A stretch of 64,000 nucleotides of DNA from positions 21,348-85,347 of IMG/VR virus record IMGVR_UViG_2911420635_000004, one strand, 5' to 3'. Origin of the DNA: a virus (taxonomy: Duplodnaviria > Caudoviricetes). This document shows positions 9,535 to 18,597 of the stretch, in pieces. The notes beneath the pieces were generated by a model, which ran no database searches, was not told where the DNA came from, and worked only from the letters and a program-made list of their open reading frames with translations. Made by a program: the position numbers and the translations under genes. The first letter of the stretch is position 1, and each line of letters opens with the position of its first letter.

Positions 9535-9760
9535 CCCCGAAATGAACCAAAGTGTGTGAAACCTCTCGTAAACAGGGAGCTTTCGCACATTTTAGCTTGT
9601 TCCGGGAGGAGCAGGGGCGAGCGGGAATCGGCCGCCGCAACAACGATCCAACCTGGCGGGGCAGTGCCGATTTCAACTTCGCTGCTTTTCGTATGTATTT
9701 TGAAATTTTTCTAAGAAACCGCCGAAGAAACGGCGAAAAATGAGAGTGAGGTGAGGGCAG

Positions 9761-10081
9761 ATGGAAGATTACACGGCTGAGATGATCAGGGACATGGCTT
9801 TTTCCTTCTGCCCTCAGTGCGGTACGGCAATCGTACCAAACCATAAAGGCAGACCACGGAAGTTCTGCTCACCGGAATGCCGGTCACGGTGGAACAACAC
9901 CCATCCAAAGCCGGAGAACTGGAAGACCGTGCGGTCGAAGATCTGCCCGGTGTGCGGCAGGGAGTTTTCCTACCGGCGCCAGTATGGTCTGGAACGGAAA
10001 TATTGCAGCCGTGCCTGTGCAAATAAAGGACGCTGGAAGGAGGGCGATGCAAATGGAAGAACCGCTGAACATAGAACGTGA
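9761..10081 (+). CDS. Cys-rich Zn-ribbon repeat protein
   Basis: Two CPxCG...RK(F/Y)CSxxC units. Confidence 0.75.
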   Translation: MEDYTAEMIRDMAFSFCPQCGTAIVPNHKGRPRKFCSPECRSRWNNTHPKPENWKTVRSKICPVCGREFSYRRQYGLERKYCSRACANKGRWKEGDANGRTAEHRT

Positions 10082-10547
10082 TGTGGTAAAGAACGGTGTC
10101 CGGCTGGACTGTGTGTTTGAGGGCTATGAGTACCGCTCGGAGAGAGAAGAAGTCCGAAGCCAGCGGCTTGCAGGGTTTGAATGTGTGGAGATCGCAGAAA
10201 ACACAGGGCTTTCTTTGGAACAGGTCACAGATTACTGCCGGGAACTGGGTCTGCCGGAAACGGGGAGCTGCCAGTTACAGCCACCGGATGGGTCGGGGGA
10301 ACGGCGCTGTCCGGTTTGCGGACGCATTCTCGTACAGAGAGGGAACAGTGGTCGGAGACGGTTCTGTTCTCCGGCTTGCCGGGAGGAATATTACAGGCAG
10401 CATAAGCCTTTTCGGATCGCGGTCTGTAAAAACTGTGGAAGGGAGTTCCATGCCGTAGATGAAGGAAAACGGCAGCGGAAGTTCTGCAGTCTGAATTGTT
10501 ACTGGGATTATCGATACGGGATGAAGGGAGTGGATGAGGGTGAGTAA
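10053..10547 (+). CDS. HTH-like plus Zn-ribbon repeat protein
   Basis: AAGGAGGG RBS; VEIAENTGLSLEQV HTH-like segment; two CxxCG...R(R/K)FCSxxC units. Confidence 0.7.
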   Translation: MEEPLNIERDVVKNGVRLDCVFEGYEYRSEREEVRSQRLAGFECVEIAENTGLSLEQVTDYCRELGLPETGSCQLQPPDGSGERRCPVCGRILVQRGNSGRRRFCSPACREEYYRQHKPFRIAVCKNCGREFHAVDEGKRQRKFCSLNCYWDYRYGMKGVDEGE

Positions 10548-10758
10548 GATTATCGGTGTGTTTCCGATGTTCAACACCGGGGGTATCTGTGTACATGCGA
10601 TTGACGATGCGGAAGATAAGGTCCTGGCATCCGTGAACGGGGAAAACCCGGAATGGTGCGAGATGGCTGAACAGCCGCAGGAAGATGGAGATGAGATGGA
10701 GTCGGGCTTTTTGTTCGGCTCCTTTTTCGTGCCGTTCTCCGGGGTCATGCGCATGTGA
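10534..10758 (+). CDS. Hypothetical protein
   Basis: 74 aa ORF in operon. Confidence 0.55.
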   Translation: MRVSKIIGVFPMFNTGGICVHAIDDAEDKVLASVNGENPEWCEMAEQPQEDGDEMESGFLFGSFFVPFSGVMRM

Positions 10759-10779
10759 ATCTGAATTAGGAGGGCTTAC

Positions 10780-12048
10780 ATGAAAGCGACTGCTGAACTG
10801 AAGATGCTGCCGGTGTCCGTACTCAAGCCGGCCGCATACAATCCCCGGAAAAAGCTGAAGCCGGGGGATAAAGAGTACGAGAAGATCAAGAACTCCATCA
10901 CGGAGTTCGGGTTCGCAGATCCTTTGGTGGTCAATGCCGATATGACAATCATCGGCGGCCACCAGAGATTGACCGTAGCGATGGAGCTGGGCTACACCGA
11001 AGTGCCTTGTGCGGTGGTGGACATCGACAAGACCAGGGAGAAAGCCCTGAACATTGCGCTCAATAAGATTACGGGTGCGTGGGATGATTCTCTGCTGGCT
11101 GATCTTTTGAAGGACATCGAGGATTCCAACTTCGACCTTGGTAAGACCGGCTTTGAGCCGCCGGAGATTGAGACGCTGTTCAACAAAGTCCACAGCAAAG
11201 AGGTCAAGGAAGATGACTTCGATGTGGAATCCGAGCTGAAGCAGCCATGCTTCTCCAAAGATGGTGACCTCTGGCATCTGGGAAAGCACATCGTTCTGTG
11301 CGGTGATTCCACCAAAGCAGAATGCTACGACACCCTGATGGACGGAACCAAGGCAAATCTGGTCCTTTCCGATCCCCCTTATAACGTGGATGTGGAAGAG
11401 ACTGCCGGTAAGATCATGAATGACAACATGGGCGATTCGGAATTCTACCATTTCCTTCTGGCAGCGTTCCAGCAGATGCACGGCCATCTTGCAGACGACG
11501 GTTCCATCTACATCTTCCATGCAGATACGGAAGGGCTGAACTTTAGAAAGGCATTCAAGGATGCCGGGTTCTACCTGTCCGGGTGCTGTATCTGGAAGAA
11601 GAATGCGCTGGTGCTGGGCCGTAGTCCTTACCAGTGGCAGCACGAACCGTGTCTCTACGGCTGGAAGCAGAAGGGAAAGCACCAGTGGTATTCCGACCGG
11701 AAGCAGACGACCATATGGGAGTATGACCGGCCGAAGTCCAACAAGGACCACCCGACCATGAAGCCCATCGGTCTGATGAGCTATCCGATCCGCAATTCCA
11801 CTATGACCAACGGCATCGTGCTTGATCCGTTCCTCGGCAGTGGCTCGACACTGATCGCCTGCGAAGAGACCGACCGTGTGTGCCGGGGTATCGAGCTAGA
11901 CCCGAAGTTCGTGGATGTGATTGTGAAGCGGTACATCGAACACAGCGATGGTCACTACGATGATGTGTTTGTTGTCCGTGACGGCCAGAAGCTGAAGTTC
12001 GAGGAAGTGGCGACCTTCGAGCCGGAAAGCGAGGATGCCGATGCCTGA
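10780..12048 (+). CDS. ParB-N-domain DNA amino-methyltransferase (N6A/N4C)
   Basis: N-terminal YNPRK..IIGGHQRL; DPPY; HPTMKP; VLDPFLGSGST. Confidence 0.93.
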   Translation: MKATAELKMLPVSVLKPAAYNPRKKLKPGDKEYEKIKNSITEFGFADPLVVNADMTIIGGHQRLTVAMELGYTEVPCAVVDIDKTREKALNIALNKITGAWDDSLLADLLKDIEDSNFDLGKTGFEPPEIETLFNKVHSKEVKEDDFDVESELKQPCFSKDGDLWHLGKHIVLCGDSTKAECYDTLMDGTKANLVLSDPPYNVDVEETAGKIMNDNMGDSEFYHFLLAAFQQMHGHLADDGSIYIFHADTEGLNFRKAFKDAGFYLSGCCIWKKNALVLGRSPYQWQHEPCLYGWKQKGKHQWYSDRKQTTIWEYDRPKSNKDHPTMKPIGLMSYPIRNSTMTNGIVLDPFLGSGSTLIACEETDRVCRGIELDPKFVDVIVKRYIEHSDGHYDDVFVVRDGQKLKFEEVATFEPESEDADA

Positions 12049-12814
12049 TGTAAAATGCGTCCTCATCCATGACAACTTCCAGAATTTCAAGTCCTATAAC
12101 ATCCCCAAGGCGCAGCTGGTGATTGCAGATATTCCGTACAACATCGGTACAGATTTCTATGCCAGCCGGCCGGACTGGTATGTGGATGGCGACAATAAAA
12201 ACGGGGAGAGCAGCAAGGCGAGGAAGGCGGCGTTCAATACCGACTTCACCTTCAACATTGCAGAGTATTTCCACTTCTGCAACCGCCTGCTGAAGAAAGA
12301 ACCCGGCACGGGCGAGAAGGATGCGCCGTGCATGATCGTGTTCTGTGCGTTCCAGCAGATCCCGAAGGTAATCACCGAAGCGGAAAAATACGGCTTCAAA
12401 AATTATATCCCGCTGGTGTTCTGCAAGAACTACAGTCCGCAGGTCTTAAAGGCCAACATGAAGATCGTAGGTGCAACGGAGTATGCATTGGTGCTGTATC
12501 GGGGCAAGCTCCCGAAGTTCCGCAATCTCGGTGAGGATGGAAAGCCCCACATGATCTTCAACTGGTTTGACTGGAAGCGGGATGGCAGGGAATATCCGAA
12601 GATCCATCCCTCCCAGAAACCGATCTCTGTGCTGAAACGACTGATCGAGACCTTTACAGATGAGGGCGATGTGGTCATTGACCCCTGCGCCGGCAGCGGC
12701 TCGACTCTTCGTGCTGCACGGGAACTGGGGCGCAACAGTTACGGATTTGAAGTATCCAGAGATTTTTACCGGAAAGCGAATGAGCAGATGCTCGGAGAGG
12801 AGGCTTCCGCATGA
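12041..12814 (+). CDS. DNA amino-methyltransferase (N6A/N4C)
   Basis: DIPY; HPSQKP; IDPCAGSGST. Confidence 0.9.
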   Translation: MPDVKCVLIHDNFQNFKSYNIPKAQLVIADIPYNIGTDFYASRPDWYVDGDNKNGESSKARKAAFNTDFTFNIAEYFHFCNRLLKKEPGTGEKDAPCMIVFCAFQQIPKVITEAEKYGFKNYIPLVFCKNYSPQVLKANMKIVGATEYALVLYRGKLPKFRNLGEDGKPHMIFNWFDWKRDGREYPKIHPSQKPISVLKRLIETFTDEGDVVIDPCAGSGSTLRAARELGRNSYGFEVSRDFYRKANEQMLGEEASA

Positions 12815-15069
12815 GCACAGAACAGAATAAGACTTTGACCCTCGGCAGCCTCTTTGATGGCTCCGGGGGTTTTCCGTTAGGCGGGCTTTTGACCGGGCAG
12901 ATCACTCCGGTGTGGAGCAGTGAGATCGAGCCGTTTGCCATCCGGGTCACGTCGAAGCGTCTGCCGCAGGTGAAGCACTACGGGGATGTGTCTGCCATCA
13001 GCGGAGCAGACCTGCCGCCCGTGGACATCATCACCTTTGGCAGTCCCTGTCAGGATATGTCCATCGCCGGTAAGAGAGATGGTCTGGATGGATCACGGTC
13101 CAGTCTGTTTTACGAAGCAATCCGAATCGTGAAAGAAATGAGGTGTAAGACCAATGGAGAAAAACCAAGATTTATCGTGTGGGAGAATGTGCCAGGGGCC
13201 TTCTCCTCAAACAAAGGGCAGGATTTCAAAGCAGTCCTCGAAGCAGTCATCGGTGTTAAAGAACCGTCCGCCTCGGTGCCTGCACCTGAGAAGAAAGGAT
13301 GGCCCGACGCTGACTACTACGTGGGAGACGGATGGAGCGTCGCGTATCGAGTTCTTGATGCACAATGGTGGGGCGTTCCCCAAAGAAGAAAACGTATCTA
13401 CCTTGTCGCAGATTTTGCAGACCAGAGTGCCCCAAAGGTACTATTTGAGTCCGAAGGCGTGTCTCGGTATTCTGCGGAGGGCTTCCATGCGTGGCAAAGA
13501 GCTGCCGCCGGTGCTGAAAGCGGCACTGGAGAGGCAGGCTTCAGCGGAGCAGGAGGGCGGATCTGTCTGAACGACCAGGGCGGTAAGCAGATGGATGTTT
13601 CCCAGGATGTGACCGGTACCCTCCGGGCAGAGGAGCATGGACATCAGCCGTGTGTTCTGGAAGCTGCCGGTTTCTGTACCGAGCATTCGGCAGATGCCAG
13701 AAGCATCGGATACGAGGAGGAACGCTCACCGACCCTCCGGGCTGGTGTTGTGCCTGCCGCCATCGCACTGGAAAATCATCCTGCTGACAGCCGGGTGAAG
13801 ATTTCCGAGGATGGTAAGGTGCAGACACTGACAAGCCGGTGCGGTACAGGTGGCGGTAATGTCCCGATGGTCATGGACGCTGTTGAAAATTCAGTGGAAA
13901 GTCCGGTGAAAGAAGTTGAAAACTCCCCGGCAGTCACGCTGAAGATCCGTTCCGGTTGCGAGGGTGGCGGCAAGGGAGCCATCTGGCAGGAAGAAAAATC
14001 TGCCACACTCGGCTGCAATAACGACCAGACACTGTTCGTTCCGAAATGCTATGGTGTCTGCTCCAAAGCCAGCCACTCCATGATGTCCGACAATCCGCAT
14101 AGCGGTTTCTATGAAGCGGAGACCTCCCGGACACTGGACCGCAGCGGTGGTGACCCGACCTGCAATCAGGGCGGCATCTGTGTGGTAGAGCCGGTCGCCT
14201 TTACCCAGAATCAGAGGGATGAAGTCAGGGATCTGGGAGAGAAGTCAGCGGCACTGGCAGCAGAGCCGGGGATGAAGCAGCAGACCTTTGTGGCACAGCC
14301 GGAAGAGATGACTGCGTTCCATGTGAACCAGCGCAATGAGCTGATCAATCTGCATGGCAAATCCGGCGCTTTGATGGCGACCCGGAGTGACCAGATGCAG
14401 ACCTTCGTCCTGCAGGGCAACATGATCGGCCGCAAGGATGAGAACGGTCCGCAGGGGGATGGCGTCAATGAGGGTGTCTGCTTTACACTGGATGCCACTG
14501 ACCGCCATGCAGTCTGCGCACCGGAGGATGTGTATGCCATGACCACCGGCTCCTATATGCAGGTGGCAAAAGAAGTCGCACCGACCCTGATGGCACGGGA
14601 TTACAAAGACCCGACCACCATCGCACCGGTACCGCATTTGAACGAGGGTGTCATGGGAACGGTGGCAACCGGGGCACATCCCAGCGGCTTCAACGGGCAG
14701 GATGCTTTCAATGACCGTCTGGTCATCGACAATCCGGAAGCACAGCCCGCACCTGTGACCTATACAGTTCGCCGTTTGACACCGACCGAGTGTGCCAGAC
14801 TGCAGGGATTCCCTGACTGGTGGTGCAGAGATCTCGGAACGGAAAACCCAACCGAGGAAGATCTGGCGTTCTGGGCGGATGTGTTTGAAACACACCGTAA
14901 GATCGTGACCCATGCCAAGAAGCCGAAGACGGAGAAGCAGATCCGGAAATGGCTGGCTGACCCGTATACGGATTCGGCAGAGTACCGTATCTGGGGCAAC
15001 GGCATTTGCTTAGCCAACGCATTCTTTGTTCTGGCCGGCATCGCGTGGTGTGCAGGTCTGGAAGAATAA
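12811..15069 (+). CDS. C5-cytosine DNA methyltransferase with a long variable region
   Basis: SLFDGSGG, GSPCQD, ENVPG, QRRKRIY, RLTPTECARLQGFPD, IWGNG. Confidence 0.93.
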   Translation: MSTEQNKTLTLGSLFDGSGGFPLGGLLTGQITPVWSSEIEPFAIRVTSKRLPQVKHYGDVSAISGADLPPVDIITFGSPCQDMSIAGKRDGLDGSRSSLFYEAIRIVKEMRCKTNGEKPRFIVWENVPGAFSSNKGQDFKAVLEAVIGVKEPSASVPAPEKKGWPDADYYVGDGWSVAYRVLDAQWWGVPQRRKRIYLVADFADQSAPKVLFESEGVSRYSAEGFHAWQRAAAGAESGTGEAGFSGAGGRICLNDQGGKQMDVSQDVTGTLRAEEHGHQPCVLEAAGFCTEHSADARSIGYEEERSPTLRAGVVPAAIALENHPADSRVKISEDGKVQTLTSRCGTGGGNVPMVMDAVENSVESPVKEVENSPAVTLKIRSGCEGGGKGAIWQEEKSATLGCNNDQTLFVPKCYGVCSKASHSMMSDNPHSGFYEAETSRTLDRSGGDPTCNQGGICVVEPVAFTQNQRDEVRDLGEKSAALAAEPGMKQQTFVAQPEEMTAFHVNQRNELINLHGKSGALMATRSDQMQTFVLQGNMIGRKDENGPQGDGVNEGVCFTLDATDRHAVCAPEDVYAMTTGSYMQVAKEVAPTLMARDYKDPTTIAPVPHLNEGVMGTVATGAHPSGFNGQDAFNDRLVIDNPEAQPAPVTYTVRRLTPTECARLQGFPDWWCRDLGTENPTEEDLAFWADVFETHRKIVTHAKKPKTEKQIRKWLADPYTDSAEYRIWGNGICLANAFFVLAGIAWCAGLEE
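13154..13570 (+). CDS. Nested +1-frame ORF, putative small (beta-like) subunit of the C5 methyltransferase
   Basis: GAGGTG 8 nt before the ATG; product ends LSQILQTRVPQRYYLSPKACLGILRRASMRGKELPPVLKAAL. Confidence 0.7.
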   Translation: MEKNQDLSCGRMCQGPSPQTKGRISKQSSKQSSVLKNRPPRCLHLRRKDGPTLTTTWETDGASRIEFLMHNGGAFPKEENVSTLSQILQTRVPQRYYLSPKACLGILRRASMRGKELPPVLKAALERQASAEQEGGSV

Positions 15070-15137
15070 ACTGGCCCGCTATATTACTAGGTAGAAAGCG
15101 ACCTGGTGATATGGTGGGCTTACATATTGGTCCTATT

Positions 15138-15229
15138 TACACAACAGGTTTTGCAGTCCCTTGTGTAAATGGTCGAACATGAAGAATATCGGGAAATGGC
15201 CTTGCTATTCATCCGTTTTAGAGTGATAT
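15138..15229 (+). promoter_or_regulatory. Cassette promoter (variant) with a perfect operator palindrome
   Basis: TACACA-N18-TGTGTA at 15138-15167; TTGCTA(15202)-N16-TGATAT. Confidence 0.6.
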
Positions 15230-15292
15230 ATGTGCTACCGAAAAGAACATCGGGATGCACAAAAACAAATGAACGAAAAGGAGCGATGAATT

Positions 15293-16477
15293 ATGTTGAA
15301 ATTTAAACTGAACGTAGCCGAGAGAAAGACCCTCGCAAAACGCATGGAGGAGCTGACCGGCATCCACCCTTACTATACCAAAGCACCTCTGTATTCTTAC
15401 GACATCGGGAGCTACACCATCGACCGGAATGGCAACCTTCTGGTCGAGCCGGAGAATGCAGATGCCGAGCTGCTGACGACCCTGCTGAATGAGGGACTGA
15501 TCCGCGGCGGCGAGAGTATTGAGAGCACGGATGACCAGCCGGAGGACACAGAGCTGACAGCGGATATGGATGAGGAGCCTGTGACCGAAGCGGAAACTGA
15601 GCAGATGCCCGAAGCAGAGCTGGAGGTTCTGGACGAGCAGGAATCCGAAGATGCAGATACCGCAGAAGATGAACCTGCGGAAGCAGGAGCCGAGGATGCA
15701 TTGGAGCCGGACAATACGGCTGAGGATGATACCATAGAGGATGAGCCGGATGCAGAATCGCAGGAGACAGAAGATCAGCCGGAAGAGGTGCCGCTGGACT
15801 TGGAACTTGCATTCCCGGTCAGCCAGCACAACGGTGTGACTCTCCGCAACCTGGTCAACCTTCTTTACAGCCGCGGCAAGCTCATCGGCAAGGCGACTGG
15901 AGGACACTTCCATGTGGAAGAGGGGCTGGTCGAGAAGCTGAAGGACGATAGCTGCACCTTTGCCATCATGAACTTCATCAATGCGGTCAGCGACTATGAG
16001 ACTGAACATGGTGCTGCACTGGAAGGCCTGAAGATCACCACCGAGAAGGTCACCTTTACCGGCTTCCCGACTGCACCGGACCACGAACATCTGACGGCTT
16101 TTGCACAGCTGGCGGTGCTGATGAACCAGCAGGCTATCAGCCAGAAGCGCATCCAGGCAAAGGATGTCAACGATGAGAATGAGAAATACGCACTCCGCAC
16201 ATGGCTCCTGCGGCTGGGGATGAACGGTCCGGATTTCAAAGAGACACGCAAGATCCTCATGGAGAACCTTTCCGGTCATGCGGCTTTCCGCACGGATGAG
16301 GAAGCACAGAAGTTCCTTGCAAGGGAAAAGGCAAAACGGGATGCCCTGAAAGCCGCGAAACTGGCGGCACAGAACGGCGATCCTGCCACAGGGGAAACGG
16401 TCGCACCGGATACGACCCAGCCGACACAGCCCGACTGTGGGGCAGACACGGCGCAGATGCTGGAGGCGGGAGCGTAA
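15293..16477 (+). CDS. Hypothetical protein with a long acidic linker and a C-terminal domain shared with the amidoligase
   Basis: AAGGAG RBS; D/E-rich segment around aa 75-165; NEKYALRTWLLRLG motif. Confidence 0.8.
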   Translation: MLKFKLNVAERKTLAKRMEELTGIHPYYTKAPLYSYDIGSYTIDRNGNLLVEPENADAELLTTLLNEGLIRGGESIESTDDQPEDTELTADMDEEPVTEAETEQMPEAELEVLDEQESEDADTAEDEPAEAGAEDALEPDNTAEDDTIEDEPDAESQETEDQPEEVPLDLELAFPVSQHNGVTLRNLVNLLYSRGKLIGKATGGHFHVEEGLVEKLKDDSCTFAIMNFINAVSDYETEHGAALEGLKITTEKVTFTGFPTAPDHEHLTAFAQLAVLMNQQAISQKRIQAKDVNDENEKYALRTWLLRLGMNGPDFKETRKILMENLSGHAAFRTDEEAQKFLAREKAKRDALKAAKLAAQNGDPATGETVAPDTTQPTQPDCGADTAQMLEAGA

Positions 16478-16492
16478 GCTCCCAATCCCCCC

Positions 16493-16527
16493 AATGGGGG
16501 CCGGAAAATATGCGAGACCCTCTTCCA
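16493..16527 (-). ncRNA. Candidate short antisense RNA 1 (no RBS-led ORF)
   Basis: Follows the minus-strand promoter TTGATA-17-TAATAT; 25/35 identical to 20179-20213. Confidence 0.4.
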
Positions 16528-16535
16528 TTGTACCG

Positions 16536-16663
16536 ATATTAGCTCTGAAAATGTACATTATCAAGCGGATAAACTGCAGAAATGTACACGATCAATCTGC
16601 CTTATATTTGTCGAATATATGTTCTTTTATATCCTTGCTATTATCCGCACCTGACGGTAATAT
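16536..16663. promoter_or_regulatory. Divergent cassette promoter pair with a central operator
   Basis: Minus TTGATA(16564)-17-TAATAT; plus TTGCTA(16635)-17-TAATAT; TACACG-N18-TGTCGA centred exactly between them. Confidence 0.75.
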
Positions 16664-16710
16664 GCACATACCGAAAGGGAAAACAAGGAAAAAACAAAGG
16701 AGAACATACC

Positions 16711-17649
16711 ATGAACGATAAAATAAGAGAGCAGATTGAAACCATGAAGAACCAGACCATCGGGGTTGAGATCGAGATGAACAACATCACCAGAGAAAAA
16801 GCGGCAAGAAAGGTCGCTGAGTACTTCGGAACCAGAGCATGGAACGCGGCCAGCGAGTACGGATATTACAGCTGGGCTTGCAAGGACCAGCAGGGCAGGG
16901 TTTGGAAATTCCAGAGGGATGTGAGCATCTACGGACCGGACGCAGAAAAATGCGAACTGGTCACCCCAATCCTCACCTACGACGACATCGAAACCCTGCA
17001 GGAGATTATCCGACTGCTCCGAAAGGCAGGCGCAAAGAGCGGCCCAAGCCGCGGATGCGGGGTTCACATCCACATTGGCAAAGGCGACCACACCGCAAAG
17101 ACCATCCGCAACCTTGTGAATATCATGGCGGCGCACGAACAGCAGATCGGCAGAGCCATCCGAATCGATGCAGGGCGCACCGGACAATATTGCCAGGTGG
17201 TCAACCATCGCTTCCTCGACCGGCTGAACCGCGAGAAGCCGACCACCATGCGCAAGCTGGAAGACATTTGGTACGAAGGCAACGGTTCCAGCTGGGAAAA
17301 CCGAAATGCCCACTACAATTCAAGCCGGTACCATATGCTGAACCTCCATGCCACCTTCACAAAGGGAACCATTGAATTCCGCCTTTTCCAATTCGCAGAC
17401 CCAGCGGACGGAAAGCGCAATGGACTGCATGCCGGTGAGATGAAAGCCTACATCCAGCTTTGCCTCGCAATGAGCCAGCTTGCCAAGATGGTCAGAACGG
17501 CAAGCCCGAAGCCCCAGCAGACCGACAACGAAAAGTACGCGATGCGGTGCTGGATGCTGAGGCTGGGATTCATCGGGGATGAATTTGCAACGGCAAGGGA
17601 GATCCTTCTGCGGAACATGGAGGGCAACGCATCCTGGCGGAACAAATAA
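16711..17649 (+). CDS. Amidoligase-family (COOH-NH2 ligase) protein
   Basis: IGVEIEM, ELVTPIL, CGVHIHIG, RYHMLNL, TIEFRLF. Confidence 0.88.
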   Translation: MNDKIREQIETMKNQTIGVEIEMNNITREKAARKVAEYFGTRAWNAASEYGYYSWACKDQQGRVWKFQRDVSIYGPDAEKCELVTPILTYDDIETLQEIIRLLRKAGAKSGPSRGCGVHIHIGKGDHTAKTIRNLVNIMAAHEQQIGRAIRIDAGRTGQYCQVVNHRFLDRLNREKPTTMRKLEDIWYEGNGSSWENRNAHYNSSRYHMLNLHATFTKGTIEFRLFQFADPADGKRNGLHAGEMKAYIQLCLAMSQLAKMVRTASPKPQQTDNEKYAMRCWMLRLGFIGDEFATAREILLRNMEGNASWRNK

Positions 17650-17716
17650 GCCGGGATGCACGGGCACCTTTTGGGCGGGCAACCGCCCTTGAGGTGGTAG
17701 AAGGAGGTGCAGGTTT

Positions 17717-17953
17717 ATGAAAAGCACGTTAAAAAATGAAAACACACCGAGTGGCAGAACCTTTAAGGTGACCATCACCGAGACCTACCAGAGAACGGTG
17801 ACCATTTATGAATCCGAGATGAAAGAGCCGACCGTGGAGGAAGCACAGCGTGTGGCAGAGGACTGGTGGCAGGACAGCCAGATCGAGCTTGGGACAGAGG
17901 ATTTCCAGGGCGTGGAATTCACTGGCAGGGAGGACGGTGAGGCAGATGTTTGA
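17717..17953 (+). CDS. Hypothetical protein
   Basis: AAGGAGGTG RBS, 78 aa. Confidence 0.7.
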   Translation: MKSTLKNENTPSGRTFKVTITETYQRTVTIYESEMKEPTVEEAQRVAEDWWQDSQIELGTEDFQGVEFTGREDGEADV

Positions 17954-18467
17954 GTTGATCAGCCGAGTCCCATCCAGATATTATCTTGCCTACGGAAGCA
18001 ACCTCGACATGGAGCGGATGGGAAAGAGATGCCCCTACGCTGTGGTGGTCGGCACGACCGAGATCAAGGGCTACCGGCTTCTGTTCAAAAAGAGCAAGAC
18101 CGGCTGCTATGCCACCATCGAGCAGGATGCCAATGAAAGCGTACCTGCGGTGGTCTGGAAACTCTCGGAATACGATGAACTCCTGCTGGACCGGTACGAG
18201 GGCTGCCCACGATACTACTACAAGAAGCAGTTCCAGCTTCCGGTCTGGAACCTGAACGGGAACCGCATGAAAAAGGCAAAGCCCTGCATCGCTTATGTGA
18301 TGCACGAGGACCGGCGGCTTGGCTGCCCGGATGCCGAGTATTTTGAACTGCTGCAGGGCGGATACAGCGACTGGAAGTTTCCGCTGGATACACTGAAGCG
18401 TGGACTGGCAGCCAGTATCGGAAGGGCGGAAGCCATCCGGTATCTGAAGAAGCGGCAGATGATGTAA
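17946..18467 (+). CDS. Gamma-glutamylcyclotransferase-family protein 1
   Basis: YLAYGSNL..LLDRYEG. Confidence 0.88.
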   Translation: MFELISRVPSRYYLAYGSNLDMERMGKRCPYAVVVGTTEIKGYRLLFKKSKTGCYATIEQDANESVPAVVWKLSEYDELLLDRYEGCPRYYYKKQFQLPVWNLNGNRMKKAKPCIAYVMHEDRRLGCPDAEYFELLQGGYSDWKFPLDTLKRGLAASIGRAEAIRYLKKRQMM

Positions 18468-18470
18468 GAG

Positions 18471-18548
18471 TACACGATCAAAAGCAAATAACATTGTGCA
18501 GTATATGATGCTCATCGGCCTTGATAAATCAGGGCAGAAGAGTGATAT
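18471..18548 (+). promoter_or_regulatory. Cassette promoter (variant) with operator
   Basis: TACACG-N18-TGTGCA; TTGATA(18521)-N16-TGATAT. Confidence 0.6.
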
Positions 18549-18597
18549 ATACCATACCGCCAGACAAGAGCGGAGAAAACCGAAGGGAGAGATTCAA

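Noticed and set aside
7870-11751. Long minus-strand ORFs 7870..9096 and 10225..11751
   Set aside because: Antisense shadows of metK and the methylase; no RBS or recognisable motifs
15218-16564. 448-aa minus-strand ORF with an ATG close to an antisense TSS
   Set aside because: It mirrors the acidic plus-strand gene codon for codon, and the homologous antisense unit at 20213 has no ATG; kept only as a caveat
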